Below are positions 9,804 through 19,283 of a stretch of DNA of 36,084 nt, piece by piece; within the stretch, counting starts at the first letter, position 1; every line of letters starts with the position of its first letter. The notes under the pieces were generated by a model, which worked only from the letters and a program-made list of their open reading frames with translations, ran no database searches and was not told the DNA's origin. The position numbers were made by a program, and so were the translations under genes. This DNA comes from Alphaproteobacteria bacterium (GTDB taxonomy: Bacteria; Pseudomonadota; Alphaproteobacteria; RF32; CAG-239), in assembly GCA_017958895.1 (NCBI GenBank), contig JAGDBT010000087.1, forward strand, positions 1-36,084, in the 5' to 3' direction.

Positions 9804-9808
9804 GTCTT

Positions 9809-11545
9809 TTATTTATTAAGACTCTGCATTTGATAAAAATCGTAATAAATTCCCTTTTTGGCCAATAAATCTTTGTGAGAACCTTCTTCGACAATTCTGC
9901 CGTTATCCATAACCACCAAACGGTCCATTTCTTTGAGAGTTGATAAACGATGTGCAATAGCAATTACCGTTTTGCCCTTCATTAACCTCTTCAGTGATTT
10001 TTGAATATACTGTTCACTTTTACTGTCAAGTGCCGAGGTGGCCTCATCCAAAATCAAAATCGGAGCGTTTTTCAAAATGGCACGAGCAATTGCCACACGT
10101 TGCCTTTCGCCTCCGGAAAGCATAACCCCGCGCTCTCCGACTCTGCTGTCATAACCGTTCGGAAGCTCTTTGATAAATTCATCGGCATAGGCCTGTTTTG
10201 CCGCCGCAATAACCTCCTCATCAGAGGCATTCACATTACCGTAACGAATATTTTCCAAAATTGTACGATTAAATAAAGTCGTATCTTGCGGAATAACGGC
10301 AATTTGCGCACGCAGACTCTCCTGACGAACTTTGCGAATATCTTCTCCGCCCACCGTAATCCGCCCAGAATCCACATCAAAATAGCGAATTAAAAGTTTT
10401 ATAAGCGTAGATTTTCCGCTGCCGGAATGACCGACCAATCCGACCTTTTCGCCCGACTTTATCTTGAGATTAAAATTATTAAATAAGCGGCTTTTATCTT
10501 TATAGTGATAGTCAATATTTTCAAAATTTATCGTGCGATCACGCAATTTTAAGTTATAGGCATCCGGCGCATCTTCAACCAAGCACGGTTTGAAAAGCAA
10601 ATCCAACCCGTCTTTTACCTGCCCGTAAGCCTGCGAAAATTCGCCGGCAAAAAAGCCTATGTTGTTAACTTCCATCATCAATCCCTGCATCAGGGTTATA
10701 CACATAACCACATCGGCAAGCTGCAATTTTCCCAAATACCAATAATAAAAAATACTTATACAGCAAAGCAAATACGACAGATAGAAAATCCATTTTCCCT
10801 GCAAATCAAACCAGGCATCTTTAGTGCGCTCTTTTTGTTCGGCTCTTACCGCCGTTCGTAAAGTGTGGTAAAAATGTCCCTTTTCATAAAAATAATTGGC
10901 AAAACTTTTTACCAAATCGGAATTGGTAACCGTATCGATAAAAACTCCGTCGGTTTCCGCACTGAAACGCGCTCTTTTTTCCGAAAAAGACCCTATTCTG
11001 CGCCGCACCAAAACAATCGAGATCATAAAGATCATACTTAAAGCAAAGATAATAAAGCCGAGTTGCACATTTGCGTAAAAAACCAAAAACAAGGTTACGG
11101 CAATACCGGTAACCGGACGAATTAAGCCGAAAACCACTTCTCCGTATATTTCTTTGATGCCGGAAACCACATTTTTGGTTTTTGAAGCAATTTTGCCGGC
11201 CATTTCTTCATTAAAAAATCCGATGGAATGGTGATGTACGGCAATAAATATATCTTTATATACCAGACTGCAAAAGTACGGCATAAATTTGCCACCGTAA
11301 TAGCGCCACAAAAAATTGGCCACGCTCTCAAAAATCAAAAAGAAAGTCAATAGTCCCACAAAAAAGAAAATATGTTTAATCAGTGTGTGGTCCTTGGCAT
11401 AATCCGGAAGTATTCCGATAACTTGAGCCAAAGCATAAGTTTCTCCGCGGTCTGCTATACTGCGTGCAATCAGCGCCACCAAAATAATGGTGGCCATCAT
11501 TTTTGTCTTTTTCAAATATTTTAAAATAAAGGCAAAAACGCTCAT
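9809..11545 (-). CDS. ABC exporter, fused permease/ATPase (MsbA/ABCB-like)
   Basis: 578 aa. N-terminal six-TM domain, Walker A GHSGSGKST, signature LSGGERQR and Walker B ILILDEATSALD. Confidence 0.88.
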   Translation of the reverse strand: MSVFAFILKYLKKTKMMATIILVALIARSIADRGETYALAQVIGILPDYAKDHTLIKHIFFFVGLLTFFLIFESVANFLWRYYGGKFMPYFCSLVYKDIFIAVHHHSIGFFNEEMAGKIASKTKNVVSGIKEIYGEVVFGLIRPVTGIAVTLFLVFYANVQLGFIIFALSMIFMISIVLVRRRIGSFSEKRARFSAETDGVFIDTVTNSDLVKSFANYFYEKGHFYHTLRTAVRAEQKERTKDAWFDLQGKWIFYLSYLLCCISIFYYWYLGKLQLADVVMCITLMQGLMMEVNNIGFFAGEFSQAYGQVKDGLDLLFKPCLVEDAPDAYNLKLRDRTINFENIDYHYKDKSRLFNNFNLKIKSGEKVGLVGHSGSGKSTLIKLLIRYFDVDSGRITVGGEDIRKVRQESLRAQIAVIPQDTTLFNRTILENIRYGNVNASDEEVIAAAKQAYADEFIKELPNGYDSRVGERGVMLSGGERQRVAIARAILKNAPILILDEATSALDSKSEQYIQKSLKRLMKGKTVIAIAHRLSTLKEMDRLVVMDNGRIVEEGSHKDLLAKKGIYYDFYQMQSLNK

Positions 11546-12558
11546 ACTTTCTTCTCTTTATTACGTTTTTTAAGTTTTGACAGTTTATCGCTTACTTCGC
11601 CCGTATCTTTGCCGGTTTGCACCAGACGGGAATACATTTTTTCAATTTCTCTTTCCAAATAGGCGGCCTCAATTTCTCCCTGTAATGATTGTATTTCATC
11701 ATTAACACCTTTTTCTTTAACTGCCATAATTTGGTCGTAACAGCTTTCAACATCTATGCCGTTGACAGTTTTCTGTTTAATAAAATACGGCAGTTCATAA
11801 ATCAGTTTACGAGCCTGATAATAAGCTTCAGTTCCGTCCCAATCTTTATGGTAACGTTTTTTGAGCAGATGGAAAGCTATTTCCAATTCTTCGGCATTAT
11901 CAACCACAATAAACGGCACGGGATAGGCAAACCCTTCATGAGCAATAAATTTTAAGTATTCCAGCAAATGGTGGAAAAAGCCGTTAATGTTATAAATAAT
12001 AAAAGGCTTAATCGGCAACATGCCGTCTTGCATGGCCACGCAATCATAAGCCAATTCATCAAGGGTTCCCACTCCGCCCGGGGCAAAAACCACATAATCG
12101 GCTTTCAACAATTTGCGTTTACGTTCTTCCAATGTTCGCGTAACCACTACTTCCATTTTAGAAATCAAATCTTCGTCACTTGAATACAAATCAAAATATT
12201 TTTTGGTGGTTATGCCCTGAATAGGCACCTCTTTTAATTCATGTTCTCTTTCGTTCCAACCGTCCAAAACACCTCTGGCCACCGCGCCCATAATTCCACT
12301 GTTTGAAAGGCCGAAATCCAGTTTAAAATTCATTTTGATGATTTTTTTGCCTAAATTATAGGCTTCTTCGGCATAAACGGCATCATTTCCCGAACGCGAA
12401 CCGCCGGCAACAAAAACTCGAATTCCTTCACCGCTGTTATCTTTTTTAAACCTCTCCAGAACTTCATTTTCCGGTGTTTCTTTCGATACCTCTTCGATTA
12501 CTTCTTCTTTGCCGTCTTCTTCTTCGATTTCCCACGAACGCAAGTGTTTATGTGTCAT
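11542..12558 (-). CDS. LOG-family (TIGR00730-like) nucleotide N-glycosidase with N- and C-terminal extensions
   Basis: Has GGSRSGND...GLSNSGIMGAVARG and the PGGVGTLDEL motif. Start reset to Met25 (complement of 12556-12558), 1 nt after the tgt stop. ATGA overlap with the ABC gene. Confidence 0.7.
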   Translation of the reverse strand: MTHKHLRSWEIEEEDGKEEVIEEVSKETPENEVLERFKKDNSGEGIRVFVAGGSRSGNDAVYAEEAYNLGKKIIKMNFKLDFGLSNSGIMGAVARGVLDGWNEREHELKEVPIQGITTKKYFDLYSSDEDLISKMEVVVTRTLEERKRKLLKADYVVFAPGGVGTLDELAYDCVAMQDGMLPIKPFIIYNINGFFHHLLEYLKFIAHEGFAYPVPFIVVDNAEELEIAFHLLKKRYHKDWDGTEAYYQARKLIYELPYFIKQKTVNGIDVESCYDQIMAVKEKGVNDEIQSLQGEIEAAYLEREIEKMYSRLVQTGKDTGEVSDKLSKLKKRNKEKKV

Positions 12559-12559
12559 C

Positions 12560-13684
12560 TCATAACTCCTCAATATCGCCTTGAGCTTGATTTTTATAAA
12601 ATTCTGCCGCGAACTCCTCAAGTTTATCATTTTTTATTGCTTCGCGCAAGCCCTGCATTAAACGTTCATAATAACGTACATTATGCCAGGTAAGGAGCAT
12701 TATCCCCAAAACTTCGTTGCATTTTTGCAAATGATGAATATAAGCGCGCGAATAATGCGAGCAGAGCGGACAATCACAACCTTCTTCCAAAGGACGATAA
12801 TCTTCACGATGACGAGCGTTGCGAACATTTATTGCCCCATATTTCGTAAAGGCCTGAGCCGTGCGACCGGAACGTGTCGGCATAACGCAATCAAACATAT
12901 CAACGCCGCGTAAAACCGCTCCAACAATATCATCCGAACGGCCAACTCCCATAAGGTAACGAGGTTTATCTACCGGCAACATACCCGGTGCATAATCCAA
13001 AACCTCAAACATTTTTTCCTGGCCTTCGCCTATAGCCAAACCACCTATGGCATAGCCGTCAAACCCTATTTCTTGCAAAGCCTTTGCTGATTCTTCACGC
13101 AAATCCTTAAAAATATTGCCCTGCTGAATTCCGAAAATTCCGTAACCTTCTCGGTCAATAAAAGCTTCTTTACTGCGTCTGGCCCACCGCATTGACAAAC
13201 GCATGGATTTTGCACAAGTTTCGTAAGTTGACGGGAAAGGCGTACACTCATCAAAACACATTGTAATATCGGCATCCAATTTATGCTGTATTTTTATTGA
13301 TTCTTCCGGGCTTAAAAAGAATTTCTGGCCATCGACATGCGACCGAAAAGTAACTCCGTCTTCTTTAAGTTTACGCAAACCGCTCAAGCTCATAACCTGA
13401 AAACCGCCCGAATCGGTCAATATCGGTTTATCCCAGTTCATAAACTTATGCAACCCGCCCATTTTTTCGACCAAATCCGCACCCGGACGCAACATCAGAT
13501 GGTAAGTATTACCCAACAAAATTTCGGCTCCGGTTGCCGCCACGCTTTCCGGCATCATCGCCTTTACGGTTCCGCAAGTCCCGACCGGCATAAACGCCGG
13601 TGTATGAACAACGCCGTGCTTTGTAATCAGTCGTCCTAAACGGCTTTTACCCGATGTTTTCTCTATTTCGAATTTTAAGCTCAT
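12560..13684 (-). CDS. tgt: tRNA-guanine (queuine) transglycosylase
   Basis: Has [42 protein letters not shown] and the zinc site [17 protein letters not shown]. Confidence 0.93.
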   Translation of the reverse strand: MSLKFEIEKTSGKSRLGRLITKHGVVHTPAFMPVGTCGTVKAMMPESVAATGAEILLGNTYHLMLRPGADLVEKMGGLHKFMNWDKPILTDSGGFQVMSLSGLRKLKEDGVTFRSHVDGQKFFLSPEESIKIQHKLDADITMCFDECTPFPSTYETCAKSMRLSMRWARRSKEAFIDREGYGIFGIQQGNIFKDLREESAKALQEIGFDGYAIGGLAIGEGQEKMFEVLDYAPGMLPVDKPRYLMGVGRSDDIVGAVLRGVDMFDCVMPTRSGRTAQAFTKYGAINVRNARHREDYRPLEEGCDCPLCSHYSRAYIHHLQKCNEVLGIMLLTWHNVRYYERLMQGLREAIKNDKLEEFAAEFYKNQAQGDIEEL

Positions 13685-13686
13685 TA

Positions 13687-14844
13687 TCAGTTTCCTTTAT
13701 AAACTTGACTGCCGAACGGTACCGGATTGCCCATCCCTTTCGCAATATCTTCCCTGCGCACATAAACTCGTTCACCGTTATCAACTATAACCTGATACCA
13801 CTTTTTATCATAAGTGTATCCGGTAATTCTGACCGTGTGTCCTTCATCAATTTCGCCCATAACATCATACTTGGTACTCGGGCCGTAATATACATTACAA
13901 TCTTTATTGAAATGCACCAAATATTCGGAACTGCGCGGATCACTGTCCACTTTCAATATTTTGTTTTCAACCATATCCGACGGCATGATAGCCCCGCCGA
14001 CCATTCGTTCTTCAAAATATTTATCATTTGCGCCGATCTGGCTGGCATAAAAAGAAGTTTTGGCCGCCAACATAACAACGCACAATATTATAACAAGTCC
14101 CAAAACCAACGGTGCCAAAAATTGCCGGCGTCTTATTTCCGCACCGTTCCAACGCGGAATTTTTACGGATTTACGCGGCATAAAATTAAGTCCCGCCACA
14201 AATTTTTCCAACAGTTTTTTGGCTTCCGTCTCATTTTTAAGCAACATTTCTGCCTGCTTGGCATAAACCCAGGCCATTTCGGCATTATTTTCCTGAGCAT
14301 AGGCTAACGCATTATGAATTAACAACTTCAGATTATCTTCATCGTTGCCGTCTGCCTCGCGCAAATTAAAGCGTATTGCTTGCATGGTGTTGGAAAATCC
14401 TCTTTTTCCCCACCAACCTTTAAACCAGTTATTCATGGAAGTCGAAAGGGCCAAACCGTTAGCCTCCGATACATTGCAAATATCTTTGCTTTCTCTGACC
14501 ACTCCCTTATTGACTCTTCGTTGTTTAAGTACCCGCAAAGCTTTATCTTCCTTACCTGCCTGATTTTTATAAACCTTTAAAGAGCCTATTTTCGGAAAAT
14601 CTCCTTCATCATAAACCAGCGAAAGCAAATCATAATACAAGCGAGATTTTTCATCTTTCATCACATCGTAAGCAATTGAAATTCTGCGAAAAATTTCCAA
14701 AGACCGCTCATCTTGATTATGGTCGGGATGCCAATACTTAGCTTTTTCGTAATAACGTTCTTTAATAACGGAAATATCATCTTGAGGATAAACCTCTAAA
14801 ATTGCATAATAACCGAGTGCATCAGATTTTATTTTCATTATCAA
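13687..14844 (-). CDS. J-domain protein with a central TM helix and a C-terminal SH3b-like domain
   Basis: N-terminal J domain (YYAILEV...[12 protein letters not shown]...[14 protein letters not shown]), TM helix [20 protein letters not shown], and a C-terminal [35 protein letters not shown]3-type pattern. Confidence 0.75.
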   Translation of the reverse strand: MIMKIKSDALGYYAILEVYPQDDISVIKERYYEKAKYWHPDHNQDERSLEIFRRISIAYDVMKDEKSRLYYDLLSLVYDEGDFPKIGSLKVYKNQAGKEDKALRVLKQRRVNKGVVRESKDICNVSEANGLALSTSMNNWFKGWWGKRGFSNTMQAIRFNLREADGNDEDNLKLLIHNALAYAQENNAEMAWVYAKQAEMLLKNETEAKKLLEKFVAGLNFMPRKSVKIPRWNGAEIRRRQFLAPLVLGLVIILCVVMLAAKTSFYASQIGANDKYFEERMVGGAIMPSDMVENKILKVDSDPRSSEYLVHFNKDCNVYYGPSTKYDVMGEIDEGHTVRITGYTYDKKWYQVIVDNGERVYVRREDIAKGMGNPVPFGSQVYKGN

Positions 14845-15619
14845 TCTCCTTGTTTAACAATTTTCGGGCGATTTGCATTACATCCGAGGCGGCTTTGCTG
14901 TCGGCATAACGATTTAGCAATAACGAATGACTGCGAATGGCATCTCTTACCAGCATATCTTTGCGGACAACGCCCAACAAATCAGGTATATATTTAAGAT
15001 GCTGTTCACAAGCCCTACGTAAAGTATTATAGGTTTGCAAGCCTTCCTCATACGAATTTGCATAATTAACCACGATGCTCAACTTTTCACAACTGATTAA
15101 CGACATATCGTTTTGCAAAAAATTATAGGTTGCCACCAAATTTGAAGGATCGTTGGTGCAAACAAGCAACAAATTTTTCAGCGGCGGTAAAAAATGATTG
15201 ATTATTTTTTCCGTTGCCGGCAAATCAATTACCACTTCATCATATTTTTTAGCGGTGATGGTCAGATATTCGCGAAAAATCTGCAATCTGCCTTCCGGCA
15301 TTTCTTCCATTATATTGCTGCCGGCTATTCCGGCCATAATGTCAAAATTCTTTTTGGTTACGGGCATTACGGCATTATTAAAACATATTTTATCGACCGC
15401 CGCCGCATTAAGCGAATTTTCCGCAGACAACCCTAATTGCACTTCCGTATTCAGCAAACCGTTATCGGCATCAAAAAGCAAAACATTACGGCGCAAAATG
15501 CTTAAGGCATGCGCCAGAGTTATTGCCAACCAGGTTTTCCCCATACTTCCCACACCGGAAGTGATGGCCGAAATATTTTCCGCCGGCTGTAAAAATAAGT
15601 TTTTACCTGTATTTACCAT
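14822..15619 (-). CDS. ParA/MinD/FlhG-like P-loop ATPase with a degenerate deviant Walker A
   Basis: ISAITSGVGSMGKTWLAITLAHALSILRRNVLLFDADNGLLN resembles FlhG/MinD (SGKGGVGKT...DADxGL), and Walker B is VVIDLP. The gene end overlaps the J-protein start by 23 nt. Confidence 0.7.
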   Translation of the reverse strand: MVNTGKNLFLQPAENISAITSGVGSMGKTWLAITLAHALSILRRNVLLFDADNGLLNTEVQLGLSAENSLNAAAVDKICFNNAVMPVTKKNFDIMAGIAGSNIMEEMPEGRLQIFREYLTITAKKYDEVVIDLPATEKIINHFLPPLKNLLLVCTNDPSNLVATYNFLQNDMSLISCEKLSIVVNYANSYEEGLQTYNTLRRACEQHLKYIPDLLGVVRKDMLVRDAIRSHSLLLNRYADSKAASDVMQIARKLLNKEIDNENKI

Positions 15620-15763
15620 CTTGTACTTTTTATTTTTCTCCTGTAATATGTTACAAGATAATAGCTTTTATGCAATCAGTTAAAGTCTTTTTAACACAAT
15701 TTATTTACACTCTATACCATCTGAATGAATAAAAAGAGATTTTCGGGCTTAAAAGGGGACAAA

Positions 15764-16765
15764 ATGAAAAGACTGTTGTTGATTTGTTTCATGATATTGT
15801 TTGTTGCCACGGGAGTAATGGCTTCTAATTTGGTAAAAAAAGAAAGCTATTTATCTACCACGCTCAATGTTGTCGGACTTCCGGATTTTCCTCCTTTTTC
15901 CGAATATATAAAGAACGATCGTGATGCTTATATATTGAAAAGTGCCTTTTTGCAGCCTTTAATTCATGCGGCACAACGTAATGATATAAAAATGAAAACG
16001 GCTGATTTAAAAGATACTCCTGACTTAAAAATGTTGCTGTTAGGAATGAAATCAGGTGATTATCATGTGTTTATCGGCACTTATTCCGACACTAAAATGT
16101 TTGCCGGTCTGGAAATTTTGTATCCGGCCGTAATATCCAACCCCGTTCATTTGATTACTTTGCCGGAAACTCAGGAACAAATCAAAACTTATGCCGACTT
16201 AAAAAACTTGCGCGGTATTGCCTCCAAAAGCGAATATTTCAGTGATTTTGTTTTGCGCAAATTCAAAGAATTAAACATCACTTATGTTGATAATTCTCTG
16301 GAAGCTTATGAAAAATTGATTATCGGAGAAGCAGATTACATGATGGGCGGTCTGTATTATAACAAAATAGCCGCCAGTCAATACGGAGTTAGCGATTTTA
16401 TAGCCTATTCCAAAAAACCTCTTTTCAAAATTCCGCTTTTTCTTTCCTTATCGAAAGAAACCCCTGTTTTATCGGAATATGTACGAATCTTAAAACAAGA
16501 ACTTTCCAAACCGGAATTTGCCACGGAAGTTAAAAATGAAATTATTCGTTTGGTAGGCGAGGAAATTGAAAAAAATGATGGTACGGTTCCGCCTTCTTTT
16601 GCCACAATCATGAGGGAAAAGGCTCAGAGTCAACAAGATTCCGCCGTTGAAGAATCTCCGTTTGAAGAGGATAAACCGCAACAAAATAACGCCATCCGAC
16701 ACGGACGAATCGTAGAACATGAACAACATCAAACAACTTTTGATGAAGCTCTTGACGGTATTTAG
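15764..16765 (+). CDS. Periplasmic solute-binding protein (family 3-like) with an acidic, Q-rich C-terminal tail
   Basis: Start reset to the ATG after AAAGGGGA. Signal peptide MKRLLLICFMILFVATGVMA. The PDFPPFSEY...GDYHVFIGTYSDTKMF...LKNLRGIASKSEYF pattern is typical of SBP_bac_3. Confidence 0.6.
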   Translation: MKRLLLICFMILFVATGVMASNLVKKESYLSTTLNVVGLPDFPPFSEYIKNDRDAYILKSAFLQPLIHAAQRNDIKMKTADLKDTPDLKMLLLGMKSGDYHVFIGTYSDTKMFAGLEILYPAVISNPVHLITLPETQEQIKTYADLKNLRGIASKSEYFSDFVLRKFKELNITYVDNSLEAYEKLIIGEADYMMGGLYYNKIAASQYGVSDFIAYSKKPLFKIPLFLSLSKETPVLSEYVRILKQELSKPEFATEVKNEIIRLVGEEIEKNDGTVPPSFATIMREKAQSQQDSAVEESPFEEDKPQQNNAIRHGRIVEHEQHQTTFDEALDGI

Positions 16766-16776
16766 GAGAGAAAAAT

Positions 16777-17442
16777 ATGGTTTTATTGGTACATAGCAAT
16801 ATATCTCCGCACTGCCGTAAAATTCGGATTTTAATGGCAGAAAAGAAAATGCTTTTCGTGTTAAAAGAAGAGAATCCTTGGGCACTTTCCAAAGATGTTT
16901 TGAAAATAAATCCGGCCGGAGAACTGCCGGTGTTTATATTTGACGGCAACATTATTGCCGGCAATTATGCCATAACCGAGTTTTTGGAAGAAACTTACAC
17001 GCAAAACAGACTGATTTACGGAAACAACAAAGCCCGCGCCGAAACCAGACGTCTTATAGACTGGTTTGATAATAAATTTTATCGGGAAGTTTATCAATAT
17101 ATCGCCGGAGAAAAAATTTATAAACGTTTTGTGTTGCGACAACCACCGGAATCAAAACGCATCAAAGCGGGGATAAATAATTTGCGCTATCATTTGGAAT
17201 ATATTGATTGGATTGTAGAAAGAAATAATTATTTGGTCGGAAACGATTTTTCTCTGGCAGATATCAGCGCCGCCGCACAATTGTCCGTGATTGATTATCT
17301 GGGAGATATACCTTGGGATGATTATAAAAACACCAAACTCTGGTATTCAAAAATAAAATCCCGTCCGAGCTTTAAAGAAATACTGAATGACCGCATAAAA
17401 GGCATTTATCCTTCTAACCACTACGCAGATTTGGATTTTTAA
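16777..17442 (+). CDS. Glutathione S-transferase family protein
   Basis: N-terminal thioredoxin-like fold (SPHCRKIRILMAEKK...INPAGELPVF...AITEFLEE) and a C-terminal helical domain (FSLADISAAAQLS). Confidence 0.72.
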   Translation: MVLLVHSNISPHCRKIRILMAEKKMLFVLKEENPWALSKDVLKINPAGELPVFIFDGNIIAGNYAITEFLEETYTQNRLIYGNNKARAETRRLIDWFDNKFYREVYQYIAGEKIYKRFVLRQPPESKRIKAGINNLRYHLEYIDWIVERNNYLVGNDFSLADISAAAQLSVIDYLGDIPWDDYKNTKLWYSKIKSRPSFKEILNDRIKGIYPSNHYADLDF

Positions 17443-17443
17443 C

Positions 17444-17899
17444 ATGAAAAAGTTATTGATTTTATTTTCTCTTGTTCTTGCTTCCTGTTCCTCCGGAGGA
17501 AAAGGGCAGATTATTTATAACTGGGAACGTGAAAATACCGGAGTAGCCAAATTTTCCCGCGACCATTCGGAATGTTTGCGAAAAGCCGAAGGTTGGTTTC
17601 ATTGGCCGAATATTTCAAACTGGTTTTATTCTGAAGAATATCGTTACAATATTCATGTAAACTGGCATAAAGAAAAGGGAATTTGGGCCAGTTATGTTCC
17701 GCATCGCGGAGCTGATCCGATTTTGATAAATTCCATCCGAGATTCTGCCGATTCAAATCCGCGAGATTATCGTTTGTGTATGGAAGAAAAGGGATATTGG
17801 CATCGCACTTATGACATCCCTTCCGTTACAAACATTTATGTTTATAATCCGCAGAAGCCTTCCGATCGCATTCCGTTTGAAGAGCTTAATTATCAATAG
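17444..17899 (+). CDS. Lipoprotein, unknown function
   Basis: The lipobox LVLASC follows MKKLLILFS. The 151-aa Trp/Tyr-rich mature part has two conserved-looking Cys contexts (HSECLRKAEGW, YRLCMEEKGYW). Confidence 0.6.
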   Translation: MKKLLILFSLVLASCSSGGKGQIIYNWERENTGVAKFSRDHSECLRKAEGWFHWPNISNWFYSEEYRYNIHVNWHKEKGIWASYVPHRGADPILINSIRDSADSNPRDYRLCMEEKGYWHRTYDIPSVTNIYVYNPQKPSDRIPFEELNYQ

Positions 17900-19283
17900 G
17901 TGCGCCGGTCGCCTTGTAATATGCCGCCAATGCCGTATTTATCGCCGCTTTTGACGATATATAAGACTTTTGAGCACTCAATAAATTTTGTTGGGCTTTT
18001 AAAACTTCGGAAAATTCCGTAAGCCCGTTTTGATATTTGCGATTTACCGAATCGGAAGCTTTTTTCATATTGTTGACCGCCGCCCCGTAACGATTAAATT
18101 GTTGCAGTGCCGATTTATAGCCGGCCATACTGTTTTTGAGTTCGGAAACGGCCTGTAAAACCGCCGTTTTATATGCAACAAGGCTTTCTTCGGTTTTATA
18201 TTTTTGCAATTTTATCTGATTTTGTAAACGATTCCAATCCAACAACGGCAAAGAGACAACCGGCGCATAATTATAGGTTTTGCTTTTTGCCGACAGTAAA
18301 GATGAACCTCCTTGTGAAGCAAATCCGAATAATCCGCTGATACTGACGTCCGGATATAACTCGGCAACCGCCTTTCCGACCAAAGCATTCTGCGAAATTA
18401 ATAGCTGTTCGGCCGCAGACACATCCGGGCGCAGACGAATTACCGTTGCCGGAAGATTATGAAGTCCTGCGCTTTCATCTTTATAATGACCGGAAAACAA
18501 AGGCGATTTATAGCTTTCACTTAAATCCAATTCCGAAGGCAGAACCCCTGCCGCCACCGCTAAAGCATTTTTATATTCTTCAGCCGCCAAGGTGTTGACC
18601 GGAATTTGTGCTTCCGTATCATTCAGCAAATAAGCCGCTTCGTTATACGATTGTTCATCGGTCAGCCCGCTGTAATATTTGCTTTCTGCCGTTTTCAACA
18701 AATCCCGCTGAAAAGCCGCATTCTGTCGAGCCAAATGCAAATTTTCTATGCTTTCGCACCACTTCACATAAAGAGTGATAATTTCTGCCGCCAACACCGT
18801 TTTCACATTGGCCAGATTATATTCTTGTGCCTTCAACTGTGCTTTATATGCTTCATTTTGCCGTCTTCCCGCTCCCCAAATATCGATTTCCCAAGAGGCA
18901 TCAAAACCGGCATTGTAATAATGTGAATCTTCCGCCATTTTGATATTTCTACTGCTTTTTTCATAATTATATCCGCCCTGAAAATTGATTTGCGGCAAAT
19001 ATTCACTGCGGCTGATGGCCAATTCCGCCCTGGCCGCACGTAATCGGGCAACGGCAGTTTGCACATTCGGACTGTTTTTCAACCCTTTTTCCAATATTGC
19101 TTGCAGTTTGTTATCCTTAAATCGCTTATACCATTTATCAGGCAACTTAATATTTGCACCGTTCAACCGCAATTCTTTGGCAAGCTGAGTATTGTCATAA
19201 AATTCCGGCTGACGATAATTATCGCCTAATGTACATGCCGACAACGCAATAAATGCGGCGATTAAAAATTCTTTTTTAATCAT
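17886..19283 (-). CDS. RND efflux outer-membrane factor lipoprotein (NodT family)
   Basis: Start reset to [17 protein letters not shown] (lipobox). Has [10 protein letters not shown]...[14 protein letters not shown] and the duplicated TolC-like repeat pattern. Overlaps the RND gene end by 8 nt. Confidence 0.88.
   Translation of the reverse strand: MIKKEFLIAAFIALSACTLGDNYRQPEFYDNTQLAKELRLNGANIKLPDKWYKRFKDNKLQAILEKGLKNSPNVQTAVARLRAARAELAISRSEYLPQINFQGGYNYEKSSRNIKMAEDSHYYNAGFDASWEIDIWGAGRRQNEAYKAQLKAQEYNLANVKTVLAAEIITLYVKWCESIENLHLARQNAAFQRDLLKTAESKYYSGLTDEQSYNEAAYLLNDTEAQIPVNTLAAEEYKNALAVAAGVLPSELDLSESYKSPLFSGHYKDESAGLHNLPATVIRLRPDVSAAEQLLISQNALVGKAVAELYPDVSISGLFGFASQGGSSLLSAKSKTYNYAPVVSLPLLDWNRLQNQIKLQKYKTEESLVAYKTAVLQAVSELKNSMAGYKSALQQFNRYGAAVNNMKKASDSVNRKYQNGLTEFSEVLKAQQNLLSAQKSYISSKAAINTALAAYYKATGAPIDN

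Noticed and set aside
12560-13684. tgt as a DpdA-like DNA-modifying transglycosylase (7-deazaguanine defence system)
   Set aside because: It has the canonical tRNA-TGT motifs, length and zinc site, and no dpd-like partner genes are nearby. It is most simply the housekeeping queuosine enzyme.
13654-14307. 217-aa plus-strand ORF
   Set aside because: It is fully antisense to the J-domain protein gene, which has clear domain signatures. Its composition (F/I/N/R-rich) is typical of a shadow ORF. The same reasoning applies to 9047-9595 (antisense to fba), 15198-15683 (antisense to the ParA-like gene), 27230-27712, 4824-5255, 7612-8031 and 31584-31976.
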